64,000 nt of DNA, taken from the NCBI RefSeq assembly GCF_021596945.1, contig NZ_CP063779.1:1275592-1339591 (forward strand), read 5' to 3'. The notes under the pieces were generated by a model, which was given only the letters and a program-made list of their open reading frames with translations, ran no database searches and was not told where the DNA came from. The stretch comes from Mongoliitalea daihaiensis. Lineage in GTDB: Bacteria > Bacteroidota > Bacteroidia > Cytophagales > Cyclobacteriaceae. Both the position numbers and the translations under genes were made by a program. Numbering within the stretch: position 1 is the first letter of the stretch; each line of letters starts with the position of its first letter. Shown piece after piece: positions 55,252 to 64,000 of the stretch.

Positions 55252-56793
55252 ATGAAAAAATCTATAAAAAAATGTACCCTATTATTGATGGTTGTAGGGT
55301 GTCTTTCATCATGCCTTGAAGAAACTCCCCGTCACTTGGATTTTGAGTCCTATGAATTTAGCAGCATCGATGAAGATGGAGGCACATGGTCAACTATTTT
55401 GGTAACCGATCCTTCTCAAATCCAACTGGAGGCTCCTGAACCCACGAGTGCTACTTCTTATCAGCGGGAACTAATTGAAGTGAAAAATCTTATAAGCAGC
55501 TTATCGAGTGCTGATAGGCGAGCTATTTCGTATTGGACGAGCAATCCTGTTATTCGTTGGAATGAGATCGCCTTGGAGATGGCTGCTAAATATAACCTCA
55601 TACCTGGCCCTAATGCAGATGGTACCTACACCTTGCCAACTCCAGCGAATCCGGTTGGTCCCCCTGCCTTTCCCTTTGCGCATCCCCCTTACACCAGTAG
55701 GATGCTGGCATACTTAAGTGCAGCTCAATACGATGGGTTGATTCTCGCATGGAAATACAAGTTTCAGTACAATCGCATGGGCCCATCTCATCAAGATGTA
55801 TCCATTAGACTAGCTTATCCTGAAAATGGCTTGCCAGCATACCCTTCGCATGGAGCAGTTGTGGCTAAGGTTTCTAAAGAGATTTTAACCCTTATGTTTC
55901 CTTTAGAGGCTCAGGTCTTGGAAAATCACTTTCAGGAGCATATGCAGAGTATGCTTCAGGCAGGAATTAATGTCGCAAGTGATCTGGAAGCTGGAGTGTA
56001 TTTGGGTGATGAAGTAGTCAAATTAGCGAAAATGCGGGCTTCAACAGATGGCATGGCACGCGCTCAAGCACCCAAGCCAGTATCTGATTCAATCGCCAAT
56101 GCCGCTTTTGAGCGTTTTGGATGGAATTGGCAAAACACCGAAGTGCCTCAGCGCCCTGTTGGTCTTACGCCATTGTTTGGCCAAGTAAAGATGTGGCATA
56201 TTCCAACGGTGGAAGAAGTAAGGTCTCCGCCACCTCCAGCGATTGGCTCACCTGAGTTTGAAGCAGATGCCCGCGAGTTGGAGCGATTTGCCAGACACAT
56301 GACCTTAGATCAACGAAGAATTGCCAACTGGTGGGAAGATGGCCTTGGCTCCTATACTCCACCGGGCCACTGGAATAAATTTGCCAAGCTTTCCATAGTC
56401 CAAGAAAAATTGAATCCACTTCGAGCGGCTCGTGTTTTTGCTTACATGAATACAGCCATCATGGATGCAGGGGTTGCTTGTTGGGATACCAAGTATTATT
56501 ATCACTACCCAAGACCTGTAGAAACGATCAAAAACTTTCGAACTATTCTGGGAACGCCTAATTTTCCTGCATATACCTCTGGTCATAGTACATTTTCAGC
56601 TGCTGGGGCTGAGGTCTTAGCTTATTTTTTCCCAACGCAAGCTAACCAATTTAGGGTTTGGGCGGAAGAAGCTGCCATGTCACGCTTGTACGGTGGGATT
56701 CATTACAGATTTGATGCCGTAGAAGGGACTATTCAAGGAAAGAATGTAGGAAAATATGCCGTCAACAGGGCGAAATCAGATGGAGTGGACTAA
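55252..56793 (+). CDS. Vanadium-dependent haloperoxidase-like / PAP2-superfamily lipoprotein
   Basis: 513 aa with a lipoprotein signal (..VVGCLSSC). PAP2/V-haloperoxidase motifs: K..YYYHYPRP (KX6RP-like), ..AYTSGHSTFS.. (PSGH) and ..SRLYGGIHYRFD.. (SRX5HX3D). Confidence 0.65.
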   Translation: MKKSIKKCTLLLMVVGCLSSCLEETPRHLDFESYEFSSIDEDGGTWSTILVTDPSQIQLEAPEPTSATSYQRELIEVKNLISSLSSADRRAISYWTSNPVIRWNEIALEMAAKYNLIPGPNADGTYTLPTPANPVGPPAFPFAHPPYTSRMLAYLSAAQYDGLILAWKYKFQYNRMGPSHQDVSIRLAYPENGLPAYPSHGAVVAKVSKEILTLMFPLEAQVLENHFQEHMQSMLQAGINVASDLEAGVYLGDEVVKLAKMRASTDGMARAQAPKPVSDSIANAAFERFGWNWQNTEVPQRPVGLTPLFGQVKMWHIPTVEEVRSPPPPAIGSPEFEADARELERFARHMTLDQRRIANWWEDGLGSYTPPGHWNKFAKLSIVQEKLNPLRAARVFAYMNTAIMDAGVACWDTKYYYHYPRPVETIKNFRTILGTPNFPAYTSGHSTFSAAGAEVLAYFFPTQANQFRVWAEEAAMSRLYGGIHYRFDAVEGTIQGKNVGKYAVNRAKSDGVD

Positions 56794-56823
56794 CTATTTT
56801 ATCAATTATAGGGATTTTTGGTA

Positions 56824-56851
56824 GCCTGAGAGTATTCTCAGGCTTTTTTTA
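56824..56851. terminator. Bidirectional Rho-independent terminator between the PAP2-like gene (+) and cstA (-)
   Basis: GCCTGAGA / loop GTAT / TCTCAGGC, followed by a T8 run. The cstA stop codon overlaps the T-run. Confidence 0.7.
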
Positions 56852-58492
56852 CTTTACCAATTCCGTTGTTTTCAACTCTTTTCTTAGACTCCTCGACGCC
56901 AAGGTAATCAGGGCAATGGAGAGCAAAAAAAGCAAACTCGCAATGATAGCCAAGACATACACCTCTGCCTGAAAATTCTTCCACGCAAATAATCCTAAGG
57001 AAGTCAGTGTGACCGTAAACATAAAAAACATGGGAATGGTCACAAAGGTAGCGTTTACTTTTTGGCGGATTAGCCATACTGCGATGGTTAATAAGGCAAG
57101 TGCCGCCAATAACTGATTGGCAGAACCAAAGATCGGCCATAAAGTGCTGAAACTGCCCGATGCCAAGAGCATGATCGACAAAATCACCACAATGGAGGTA
57201 GATAGGTACCTATTTTGAGAAATTTTTAGTGCCGTGGGGCTTTTGATATCATCAAAATACTCTTGTAAGGTAAACCGTGCCAATCGGGTACAGGTATCCA
57301 AGGTAGTTAAAGCGAAGGCAGAAACCGTTAAGGCTACAAAGCCTACTGCAAAACTTTCAGGAATCCCCATAGAGGCAATCATAGCCCCTAACCCACTCGC
57401 AAACAGAGGGACTGGGCCTTCCTGACCCAAGCGCTCCAAGTATTCTGAGCGACTCAATACAATTACCGCACCTACCGAAATAATGGCTAGGAAGGATTCA
57501 ATCAGCATTCCACCAAACCCTACCACTTTTGCATCACTTTCCTTATCCAATTGCTTGGAGGTAGTACCTGAGGCTACTAGGGAATGAAAGCCCGAAATGG
57601 CTCCGCAGGCGATCGTCACAAATAACACTGGAAAAAGATACCCAAGGTTGTCCGCAGTGACATACACTTCGGTACTCATAGTGATTGTTGGATTGGCGAT
57701 GAACACACCCACCACAGCTGCTAGAATCAATCCATACAACAAAAAGCTGTTCAAATAATCTCTGGGTTGGAGTAGCATAGATACCGGCGTGACAGAAGCG
57801 ATGAATGCATAGCCTAAAAGAATATACACCCAAGTTTGATAGCTCAATTCAAAGGGTAGCTGCATCCCTAGATACACAAAATAATACATCAAGATGACTC
57901 CAATTACGGAAATTACAACAAAGGCCTGTTTGCTGTTGCCGAAAAGTCGGTTGACAAAACCAAAACTGACGGCTAATACGATAAACAAGATGGAAGCTGA
58001 AGCCACCCCAGCATTGCTGACGAAGGTCTTGGCTATGATATCTGCAAATACTCCGATGATCAGAATCAGTGTAGAAAAGCTAAAAAGAATAAAGAGTTGT
58101 TTCCCTTTTTTCCCGATGTTATTTTGAATGATGACTCCAATTGATTTCCCTTGATTGCGTAAGGAGGCTGCCAAACTACCCAAATCATGTACTGCCCCAA
58201 AGAAAATTCCACCGACTAATATCCAGATAACTGCAGGTACCCAGCCAAACGTAACTGCAATGATTGGACCTACGATAGGGCCAGCACCAGCAATTGACGC
58301 AAAATGATGTCCAAGGACTACAATGGGTTTACTTGGCACATAGTCAATCCCATCTTCGTAAGTATGTGCTGGAGAGGGTCTATCATCGTTGAGTTTAAAT
58401 TTTTTATAGACATATTTCCCGTAGGTAAAATAAGCAATGAGTAAGATGATTCCAGAAATCACTAGTAAGGTGCTGAGAGCCATATGGATCAA
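56849..58492 (-). CDS. cstA: Carbon starvation protein CstA (peptide/pyruvate transporter family)
   Basis: 547 aa. The N-terminal region ..PVVLGHHFASIAGAGPIVGPIIAVTFGWVPAVIWILVGGIFFGAVHD matches CstA closely. At least 14 TM helices. Confidence 0.88.
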   Translation of the reverse strand: MIHMALSTLLVISGIILLIAYFTYGKYVYKKFKLNDDRPSPAHTYEDGIDYVPSKPIVVLGHHFASIAGAGPIVGPIIAVTFGWVPAVIWILVGGIFFGAVHDLGSLAASLRNQGKSIGVIIQNNIGKKGKQLFILFSFSTLILIIGVFADIIAKTFVSNAGVASASILFIVLAVSFGFVNRLFGNSKQAFVVISVIGVILMYYFVYLGMQLPFELSYQTWVYILLGYAFIASVTPVSMLLQPRDYLNSFLLYGLILAAVVGVFIANPTITMSTEVYVTADNLGYLFPVLFVTIACGAISGFHSLVASGTTSKQLDKESDAKVVGFGGMLIESFLAIISVGAVIVLSRSEYLERLGQEGPVPLFASGLGAMIASMGIPESFAVGFVALTVSAFALTTLDTCTRLARFTLQEYFDDIKSPTALKISQNRYLSTSIVVILSIMLLASGSFSTLWPIFGSANQLLAALALLTIAVWLIRQKVNATFVTIPMFFMFTVTLTSLGLFAWKNFQAEVYVLAIIASLLFLLSIALITLASRSLRKELKTTELVK

Positions 58493-58797
58493 AGGGGTTG
58501 ATTTTCAGCTAAAATTGTGAAAATAATAATCAAAATCCCTCACAAATCCAGAATTTTTTTCGTGAGTAGATCAAAGGAAGATGTTCAATTTATTTCATGA
58601 AATAATTCATTCACGATCAAAGTCAGGACTGTGAATGTCTGGATTTTGATTTCTCTTTTTTTGAAGAAAAGAGGACATTTTTTAAAGCGACCTGAGGAAT
58701 GAATTGCCTCCATATTCTGGCAGTAATTTTATTTAATGGAATATACCTTTAAATTTGTAGTCCCTGAAGTTAAAATTTCAGTTCAAAAAGACAAATT

Positions 58798-59640
58798 ATG
58801 GCTTGGTTTAAAAGAACAGATAAAGGCATCAAAACTTCCACGGAAGATAAAAAAGATGCTCCTGATGGACTTTGGTTCAAAACACCACAAGGAAATATTA
58901 TCCATACCCGGGAATTAAAGAATAACTCCTATGTGTGTCCAGATGATGATTTCCATGTGAAAATTGGATCCAAAGAGTACTTTGAAATAATTTTTGATGG
59001 CAATAAGTTTAAGGAGTTAGACACCCATATGAAGTCTGGTGATCCTCTGAAGTTTGTCGATACCAAACCTTACAGTGCTAGAGTAGAGGCTAGCATTAAA
59101 AAGTCTGAATTGAACGATGCCGTCCGTTCTGCTCATGGGAAAATGAATGGCTTGGATCTCGTAGTTGCCTGTATGGATTTTGGCTTCATTGGAGGGTCTA
59201 TGGGTTCAGTAGTTGGAGAGAAGATTGCTAGAGCGATTGATTATTCACTTAAAAATAAAATTCCTTTTTTGATGATCTCCAAGTCAGGTGGTGCCCGTAT
59301 GATGGAGGCAGGCTTTAGTTTGATGCAGATGGCCAAGACTTCAGCCAAATTAGCATTGCTTGATAAGGCGGGTATTCCTTACATTTCTTTACTAACAGAT
59401 CCTACTACTGGAGGTGTCACGGCATCGTATGCAATGTTGGGTGATTTCAATATTGCGGAGCCGGAGGCATTGATTGGATTTGCTGGCCCTAGAGTTATTA
59501 GAGAGACAATCGGGAAAGATTTACCAAAAGGCTTTCAAAGTTCTGAGTTTGTATTAGAACATGGGTTCTTAGATTTCATCATCGATAGAAGGCAGTTGAA
59601 AAACAGATTGACAACTTTGCTCAATTTACTCAACAATTAA
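58798..59640 (+). CDS. accD: Acetyl-CoA carboxylase carboxyltransferase beta subunit
   Basis: 280 aa. ..[15 protein letters not shown].., ..[22 protein letters not shown].., ..[13 protein letters not shown]... An N-terminal Zn-ribbon is largely absent (single Cys). Confidence 0.88.
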   Translation: MAWFKRTDKGIKTSTEDKKDAPDGLWFKTPQGNIIHTRELKNNSYVCPDDDFHVKIGSKEYFEIIFDGNKFKELDTHMKSGDPLKFVDTKPYSARVEASIKKSELNDAVRSAHGKMNGLDLVVACMDFGFIGGSMGSVVGEKIARAIDYSLKNKIPFLMISKSGGARMMEAGFSLMQMAKTSAKLALLDKAGIPYISLLTDPTTGGVTASYAMLGDFNIAEPEALIGFAGPRVIRETIGKDLPKGFQSSEFVLEHGFLDFIIDRRQLKNRLTTLLNLLNN

Positions 59641-59780
59641 TCGATATATTCGTTAAGACTGTAAAATCTATAAAATCACAAAATTAACCTTGAAAAGGTC
59701 GATTAAATGGATTTAGTAAATATATTTGTGTTCCCAAAGTTGGGTATGTACTGAAAATAAAAAAGTTAAATTAACATTAA

Positions 59781-61076
59781 ATGGGTTCAGTAATTATTAC
59801 TTCGATTGTAGCGTTTACGATTATTATCCTGCTACTCGTTTTCCTTTTGTTGTTTGCGCAGTCCAAGCTGGTTGCTTCTGGTGATGTTAAAATTCTTATC
59901 AATGGTGAGAGAGAAATTGTAACAGCTGCTGGATCCACTTTGCTAAACACGTTGAGTAACAATAAGGTATTTCTTCCTTCTGCTTGTGGAGGGGGTGGTA
60001 CATGTGCCATGTGTAAGTGTGTAATTGAAGAAGGTGGAGGAGAAGTACTTCCGACCGAAGAAGGGCACTTAAGTAGAGCTGAGAAGCAAGAAAAAGTGAG
60101 ACTTACCTGTCAGGTAAAAGTGAAGCAGGATATGAAAATTCGTATTCCTGATGAAATCTTTGGTATCAAGAAGTGGGAGTGTGAGGTTGTTTCCAATTAC
60201 AACGTTTCTACCTTCATTAAAGAATTTGTGGTTAAGTTACCAGAAGGTGAAGTGTTGGATTTTGAGTCAGGAGGTTACATCCAAGTAGATGTTCCCCCTG
60301 TAGTAGTAAACTTTAAGGATATGGATATTGCGCCGCATCCTGATTTGGGTCACCCGGCGGACGTTTATAAATCTGATTGGGATAAATTCCAAATGTGGGA
60401 TTTAGTGATGAAAAATGATGAGGAGCTATTCAGAGCATACTCCATGGCCAATCACCCAGCAGAAGGTAATATTGTGATGTTGACGATTCGTATTGCGACG
60501 CCACCATGGGATAGAGCTAATAACAAGTGGATGGATGTGAATCCTGGTGTTTGTTCCTCCTATGTGTTTGCTCAGAAGCCTGGTGATAAAGTTACGATAT
60601 CAGGTCCTTATGGTGAATTCCATATCAATCCTACTCAAAGAGAAATGATTTATATCGGAGGTGGTGCTGGTATGGCTCCACTCAGATCACATATCTTCCA
60701 TTTATTCCACACAGAAAAAACAGATAGAAAGGTTTCTTACTGGTATGGTGGTAGATCCAAAAAAGAGTTGTTCTACGTCCCTCAATTTAGAGAGATTGAG
60801 AAGGATTTCCCGAATTTCCAATTCCATATCGGTTTGTCAGAACCACTACCGGAAGATAATTGGAAAGTAAAAACATCTTTAGAGGGAGAAGGTGATGGTT
60901 ATGTTGGATTTATCCACCAAGTATTGTGGGATAATTACTTAAAGAACCATTCTGATCCAGATGAGATTGAATTTTACCTTTGTGGACCTCCTTTGATGAA
61001 CGCTGCAGTATTAAAGCTGTTGGATGACTTAGGAATTCCGCAAGAAAATATTCGATTTGACGACTTCGGTGGTTGA
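59781..61076 (+). CDS. nqrF: Na+-translocating NADH:quinone oxidoreductase subunit F
   Basis: 431 aa. It aligns residue-by-residue with Vibrio NqrF recalled from memory: TM helix; 2Fe-2S motif [14 protein letters not shown]; ..[13 protein letters not shown]..; FAD site ..RAYSMANHP..; NADH site ..[14 protein letters not shown]..; C-terminus ..[31 protein letters not shown]. It has its own terminator (61084-61111: AAGTCCCG/TTTCGA/CGGGACTTTTTT). Confidence 0.9.
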   Translation: MGSVIITSIVAFTIIILLLVFLLLFAQSKLVASGDVKILINGEREIVTAAGSTLLNTLSNNKVFLPSACGGGGTCAMCKCVIEEGGGEVLPTEEGHLSRAEKQEKVRLTCQVKVKQDMKIRIPDEIFGIKKWECEVVSNYNVSTFIKEFVVKLPEGEVLDFESGGYIQVDVPPVVVNFKDMDIAPHPDLGHPADVYKSDWDKFQMWDLVMKNDEELFRAYSMANHPAEGNIVMLTIRIATPPWDRANNKWMDVNPGVCSSYVFAQKPGDKVTISGPYGEFHINPTQREMIYIGGGAGMAPLRSHIFHLFHTEKTDRKVSYWYGGRSKKELFYVPQFREIEKDFPNFQFHIGLSEPLPEDNWKVKTSLEGEGDGYVGFIHQVLWDNYLKNHSDPDEIEFYLCGPPLMNAAVLKLLDDLGIPQENIRFDDFGG

Positions 61077-61157
61077 TCAAACAAAAAGTCCCGTTTCGAC
61101 GGGACTTTTTTATTTCACTACATTTTTTACTTATTTTGGGATTACGTTTATTTACCT

Positions 61158-62309
61158 ATGAACCTATCCGAATATTTCGATCCCATATCCGAATCTTTTT
61201 TTAACACTCGTTATCCAAATAATGCATTTGTAACATCTATACAAGTACACACAGAAAACTTTCCAGATCTTCGAGGATTGCAAATTGCACTTATTGGACT
61301 CACAGAAAAAAGAGGTATTCCCTCCAATGAAAGCGTGGAGCGTGCCGTTTTAGAAATCAGAGAAAAACTGTACAATCTTAAGAAGGGTGATGGGATTTAT
61401 AAAGTTGCAGATTTAGGTAATTTGAAGAATGGGGAAGCGTATGAAGACACCATTCGTGCTATCAAGGAGGTTGGTCATTATTTAATGAGCCAACAGATAC
61501 TTCCTGTGTTTTTTGGAGGTTCACATGATTTGGATCTTGGTCAGTACCTTGCTTATGAAAATTTGGAAAAGCTGGTAAGTGTAGTGACAATCGATGCTAA
61601 AATAGACATGGAGGATGAAGGCCCAAAGGCTGATTCACATTCACAGAGTATCATTTTGCATCACCCTAATTATTTATTCAATTACAGTCATTTGGCTTAT
61701 CAAAGTTTTTTAGTAGACAAAGATTTGACCAATGCCTTGGAGAAATTAAATTTTGAACACATCCGTCTTGGCCTTTTGAAAGGAAGTTTGAGAGAAGTAG
61801 AACCTGTTGTTAGAAATGCTGATTTGGTTAGTTTTGACATCTGCGCCATCCAATCTTCAGATGCTCCTGGAGCGTATGAGGCCCAACCTTTTGGTTTATC
61901 AGGAGAAGAAGCATGTCAACTCTGTAGATTTGCAGGGCTGAATGAAAAGCTCTCTTCTTTTGGGATTTATGGCTATCAGCCGTATTATGATGATGCTCGG
62001 AATAAGACAGCTGCCATTGTAGCGACTATGATCTGGTATTTTATCGATGGATTTTATGAACGTAGAGATTCCCTTTCTTTTACTGGGAACGATTACTTTA
62101 AATACACAGTTTCCTTTGATCAAAGTCCTTCATTCATTGTTTTTTACAAAAGCAAACGAAGTGAAAAATGGTGGATGGAAGTGCCTTATCATACCGAAAA
62201 TAAATTTGATCGAAATCATATTGTGCCTTGTAGTTACTTAGATTACCAAACAGCCCAGAAAGGAGAAATTCCTGAACGATGGGTCAATGCTCAGTTGAAA
62301 TTATATTAA
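61158..62309 (+). CDS. Arginase/agmatinase/formiminoglutamase-family (ureohydrolase) protein
   Basis: 383 aa. Metal-binding motifs of the arginase fold: ..PVFFGGSHDLDLG.. (GG.HS-like) and ..LVSFDICAIQSSDAPG.. (S.D.D..DP-like). Confidence 0.5.
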   Translation: MNLSEYFDPISESFFNTRYPNNAFVTSIQVHTENFPDLRGLQIALIGLTEKRGIPSNESVERAVLEIREKLYNLKKGDGIYKVADLGNLKNGEAYEDTIRAIKEVGHYLMSQQILPVFFGGSHDLDLGQYLAYENLEKLVSVVTIDAKIDMEDEGPKADSHSQSIILHHPNYLFNYSHLAYQSFLVDKDLTNALEKLNFEHIRLGLLKGSLREVEPVVRNADLVSFDICAIQSSDAPGAYEAQPFGLSGEEACQLCRFAGLNEKLSSFGIYGYQPYYDDARNKTAAIVATMIWYFIDGFYERRDSLSFTGNDYFKYTVSFDQSPSFIVFYKSKRSEKWWMEVPYHTENKFDRNHIVPCSYLDYQTAQKGEIPERWVNAQLKLY

Positions 62310-62536
62310 TGAAGGCATATACAAAACAACAACTTGCCTTAAGAAATGGGCAAGATAAACCTGAGATTTGGGTTGCATACAAGGGAGTGATCTACGATGT
62401 GAGTGCTTCTAGGTTGTGGAAAAATGGCAAGCATTATGAGCATTGGGCTGGTCAGGATTTAACGGATGAATTGGCAAGTGCACCACATACTGAAAATGTT
62501 TTTCTTAAATTTGAACCTATTGGACAGTTGATATGA
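62309..62536 (+). CDS. Cytochrome b5-like heme/steroid-binding domain protein (75 aa)
   Basis: ..WVAYKGVIYDVSASRLWKNGKHYEHWAGQDLTDEL.. fits the cyt-b5-like fold family. The start ATG overlaps the upstream stop (TAATG) and the stop overlaps the next start (ATGA), indicating translational coupling. Confidence 0.5.
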   Translation: MKAYTKQQLALRNGQDKPEIWVAYKGVIYDVSASRLWKNGKHYEHWAGQDLTDELASAPHTENVFLKFEPIGQLI

Positions 62537-63375
62537 TATTAATCGCAGATAGTGGTGCTAGTAAAACTGATTGGAGGTTGATAACCAAGGATAAGGAGAT
62601 CGCTCAATTTCGGGGCATAGGATTTAATCCCAATTACCAAACCTCTGAGGAAATGGCTCAGGAGCTTAGAGTTGATTTTTTAATTAATTTGAATGAATCA
62701 GTTGAGTTGATTTTTTATTACGGCGCTGGGTGTACATCCCATAAAAATAGGATGCATGTGGAGTCAGCTTTGAGGAGCATTTTCAAAAAAGCAGAAATAT
62801 TTGTGGATCACGATTTGATGGCTGCAGCACGGGCGACCTGTGGTAGTAGACCAGGCATTGCTTGCATCTTGGGTACTGGATCCAACTCTTGTGATTATGA
62901 TGGTGAATTGATCGTAGCTAAGAGACCTGCACCCGGGTATATTCTTGGGGATGAAGGAGGAGGTGCTTATATTGGGAAAAAGTTTTTGGCTGATTTCATT
63001 CATGAAGAAATGCCAAAGAAGATACGGGATATGGTCATAGATAAATTTCAACTGGATAATATGCAAATCATTGAACAGGTATATCAGCGTCCTTTCCCGG
63101 GTCGGTATATGGCAAGCTTTTGTAGATTTATATCTGAGCACAAAAGTGAACCCTATTGCTACATGTTATACTATCAATCATTTGTCGAATTCTTCCAAAA
63201 GCATATTATGAAGTATGATGACTATAAAAAAAAGCCGGTAAATTTTGTCGGTTCTATAGCATTTTACAACAGTGATATCCTTCGAAGTGCTGCATATGAC
63301 CATGATATTCACGTAAATTTGATATTGGAAGGCCCTATCTCTGGTCTTGCCTTGTACCATCAACAAATACTATGA
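62533..63375 (+). CDS. BadF/BadG/BcrA/BcrD-type ATPase: N-acetylglucosamine / N-acetylmuramic acid kinase (MurK-like)
   Basis: 280 aa. N-terminal MILIADSGASKTDWRL (ASKHA phosphate-1 motif), ..ACILGTGSNSC.., ..GDEGGGAYIG... It is directly coupled (ATGA) to murQ. Confidence 0.65.
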   Translation: MILIADSGASKTDWRLITKDKEIAQFRGIGFNPNYQTSEEMAQELRVDFLINLNESVELIFYYGAGCTSHKNRMHVESALRSIFKKAEIFVDHDLMAAARATCGSRPGIACILGTGSNSCDYDGELIVAKRPAPGYILGDEGGGAYIGKKFLADFIHEEMPKKIRDMVIDKFQLDNMQIIEQVYQRPFPGRYMASFCRFISEHKSEPYCYMLYYQSFVEFFQKHIMKYDDYKKKPVNFVGSIAFYNSDILRSAAYDHDIHVNLILEGPISGLALYHQQIL

Positions 63376-64000
63376 CTACAACAGAAAGTGCATCCTATTA
63401 CGATAATTTAGAGCAAATGGAGATTTCCGAACTGCTCAAAAATATTAATCAGGAGGACCATAAAGTCCCTACTGCTATAGCCAAAACTATCCCCACATTA
63501 GAGAAATTGGTGGCAGCTATAGTGCCAAGAATGGAAAAGGGAGGTCGATTGTTCTATATTGGGGCAGGTACGAGCGGCCGCTTGGGGATCTTAGATGCCT
63601 CCGAATGCCCTCCAACCTACGGTGTCCCTCATGATTGGGTAGTGGGGATTATTGCAGGTGGAGATACTGCCATTCGAAAAGCCGTAGAGCATGCGGAGGA
63701 TGATCCCAAACAAGCTTGGCTAGATATTCAAGCTTTTGGTTTCAACCCGCATGATACCATTGTAGGGATAGCAGCTTCTGGGACGACTCCTTATGTGATC
63801 GGTGGAGTCCAAGAAGCGAGGAATGCAGGCTTACTTACAGCTTGTATCACATGTAATTATCATACACCCTTAGCAGAAGCCGTCCATGTTCCTATCGAGG
63901 TAGTAGTAGGCCCTGAGTTTGTCACAGGTAGTACACGGATGAAGGCAGGTACCGCTCAAAAATTGGTATTAAACATGATTTCTACTACTGTGATGATCAA
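63372..64000 (+). CDS. murQ: N-acetylmuramic acid 6-phosphate etherase (3' partial, runs off the window)
   Basis: ATG at 63372. The translation ..GGRLFYIGAGTSGRLGILDASECPPTYGV..VGIAASGTTPYVIGGV..TGSTRMKAGTAQKLVLNMIST.. gives SIS-domain MurQ signatures. No stop is found before the window end. Confidence 0.82.
   Translation, partial: MTTTESASYYDNLEQMEISELLKNINQEDHKVPTAIAKTIPTLEKLVAAIVPRMEKGGRLFYIGAGTSGRLGILDASECPPTYGVPHDWVVGIIAGGDTAIRKAVEHAEDDPKQAWLDIQAFGFNPHDTIVGIAASGTTPYVIGGVQEARNAGLLTACITCNYHTPLAEAVHVPIEVVVGPEFVTGSTRMKAGTAQKLVLNMISTTVMI

Noticed and set aside
1-64000. Mobile elements, prophage, tRNA and rRNA genes
   Set aside because: No transposase, integrase, recombinase or phage structural genes were found in any frame. 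No cloverleaf-like GC-rich 70-90-nt segments were seen in the intergenic regions, which were inspected at 3368-3508, 22455-22655, 50244-50412 and 58493-58797.

Overview
This 64 kb window appears to be a Bacteroidota chromosome segment (Cytophagia/Flavobacteriia-like, inferred from T9SS C-terminal sorting domains, a GldD-like lipoprotein, a Rho with a long K/E-rich insertion, and TAnnTTTG-type -7 promoter boxes). No rRNA, tRNA, CRISPR array, transposase or integrase was seen.

Gene order, with no tools beyond the ORF track:
- 1-1849: hflK (5' partial) and hflC.
- 1889-10516: guaB, a small 4-TM membrane protein, a GldD-like lipoprotein, a DinB-family protein, a nitroreductase, an MsbA-like ABC exporter, and an S9A prolyl oligopeptidase.
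- 10517-10935: a strikingly patterned intergenic repeat region, then an NTF2-like secreted protein.
- 11390-20479: four consecutive minus-strand T9SS cargo genes (553, about 422, 788 and 996 aa) that all share a conserved roughly 90-aa module just before the Por_Secre_tail CTD.
- 20640-28278: rho, recO, tdk, a 2Fe-2S ferredoxin, an acidic hypothetical protein, and an M14 carboxypeptidase.
- 28368-39426 (the most interesting part): a divergent XRE-family regulator followed by a plus-strand cluster encoding a small YbjN-like protein, a PspA/IM30 (ESCRT-III-like) protein, a YqiJ/NfeD-like membrane protein, a 675-aa flotillin (YqiK-like), and a 1617-aa giant protein whose C-terminus is a MoxR/AAA_5-like AAA+ ATPase. 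It ends with a divergent RDD-like fragment and a DUF58 (vWA-like MoxR partner) gene split by a frameshift in an A9 homopolymer. This is a candidate undescribed membrane-remodelling/envelope-stress system pairing an ESCRT-III-like PspA and an SPFH scaffold with a dedicated giant AAA+ ATPase.
- 39470-44930: the mreB-mreC-mreD-mrdA-rodA operon on the minus strand.
- 45145-49993: rimP-nusA-infB.
- 50413-64000: a fatty-acid desaturase, a CsbD-like protein, lipoproteins, an outer-membrane beta-barrel plus a vanadium-haloperoxidase-like PAP2 lipoprotein, cstA, accD, an orphan nqrF, and a translationally coupled arginase-family, cyt-b5-like, MurK-like kinase and murQ (3' partial) cluster.

Several Rho-independent terminators were located at convergent or operon-end positions.
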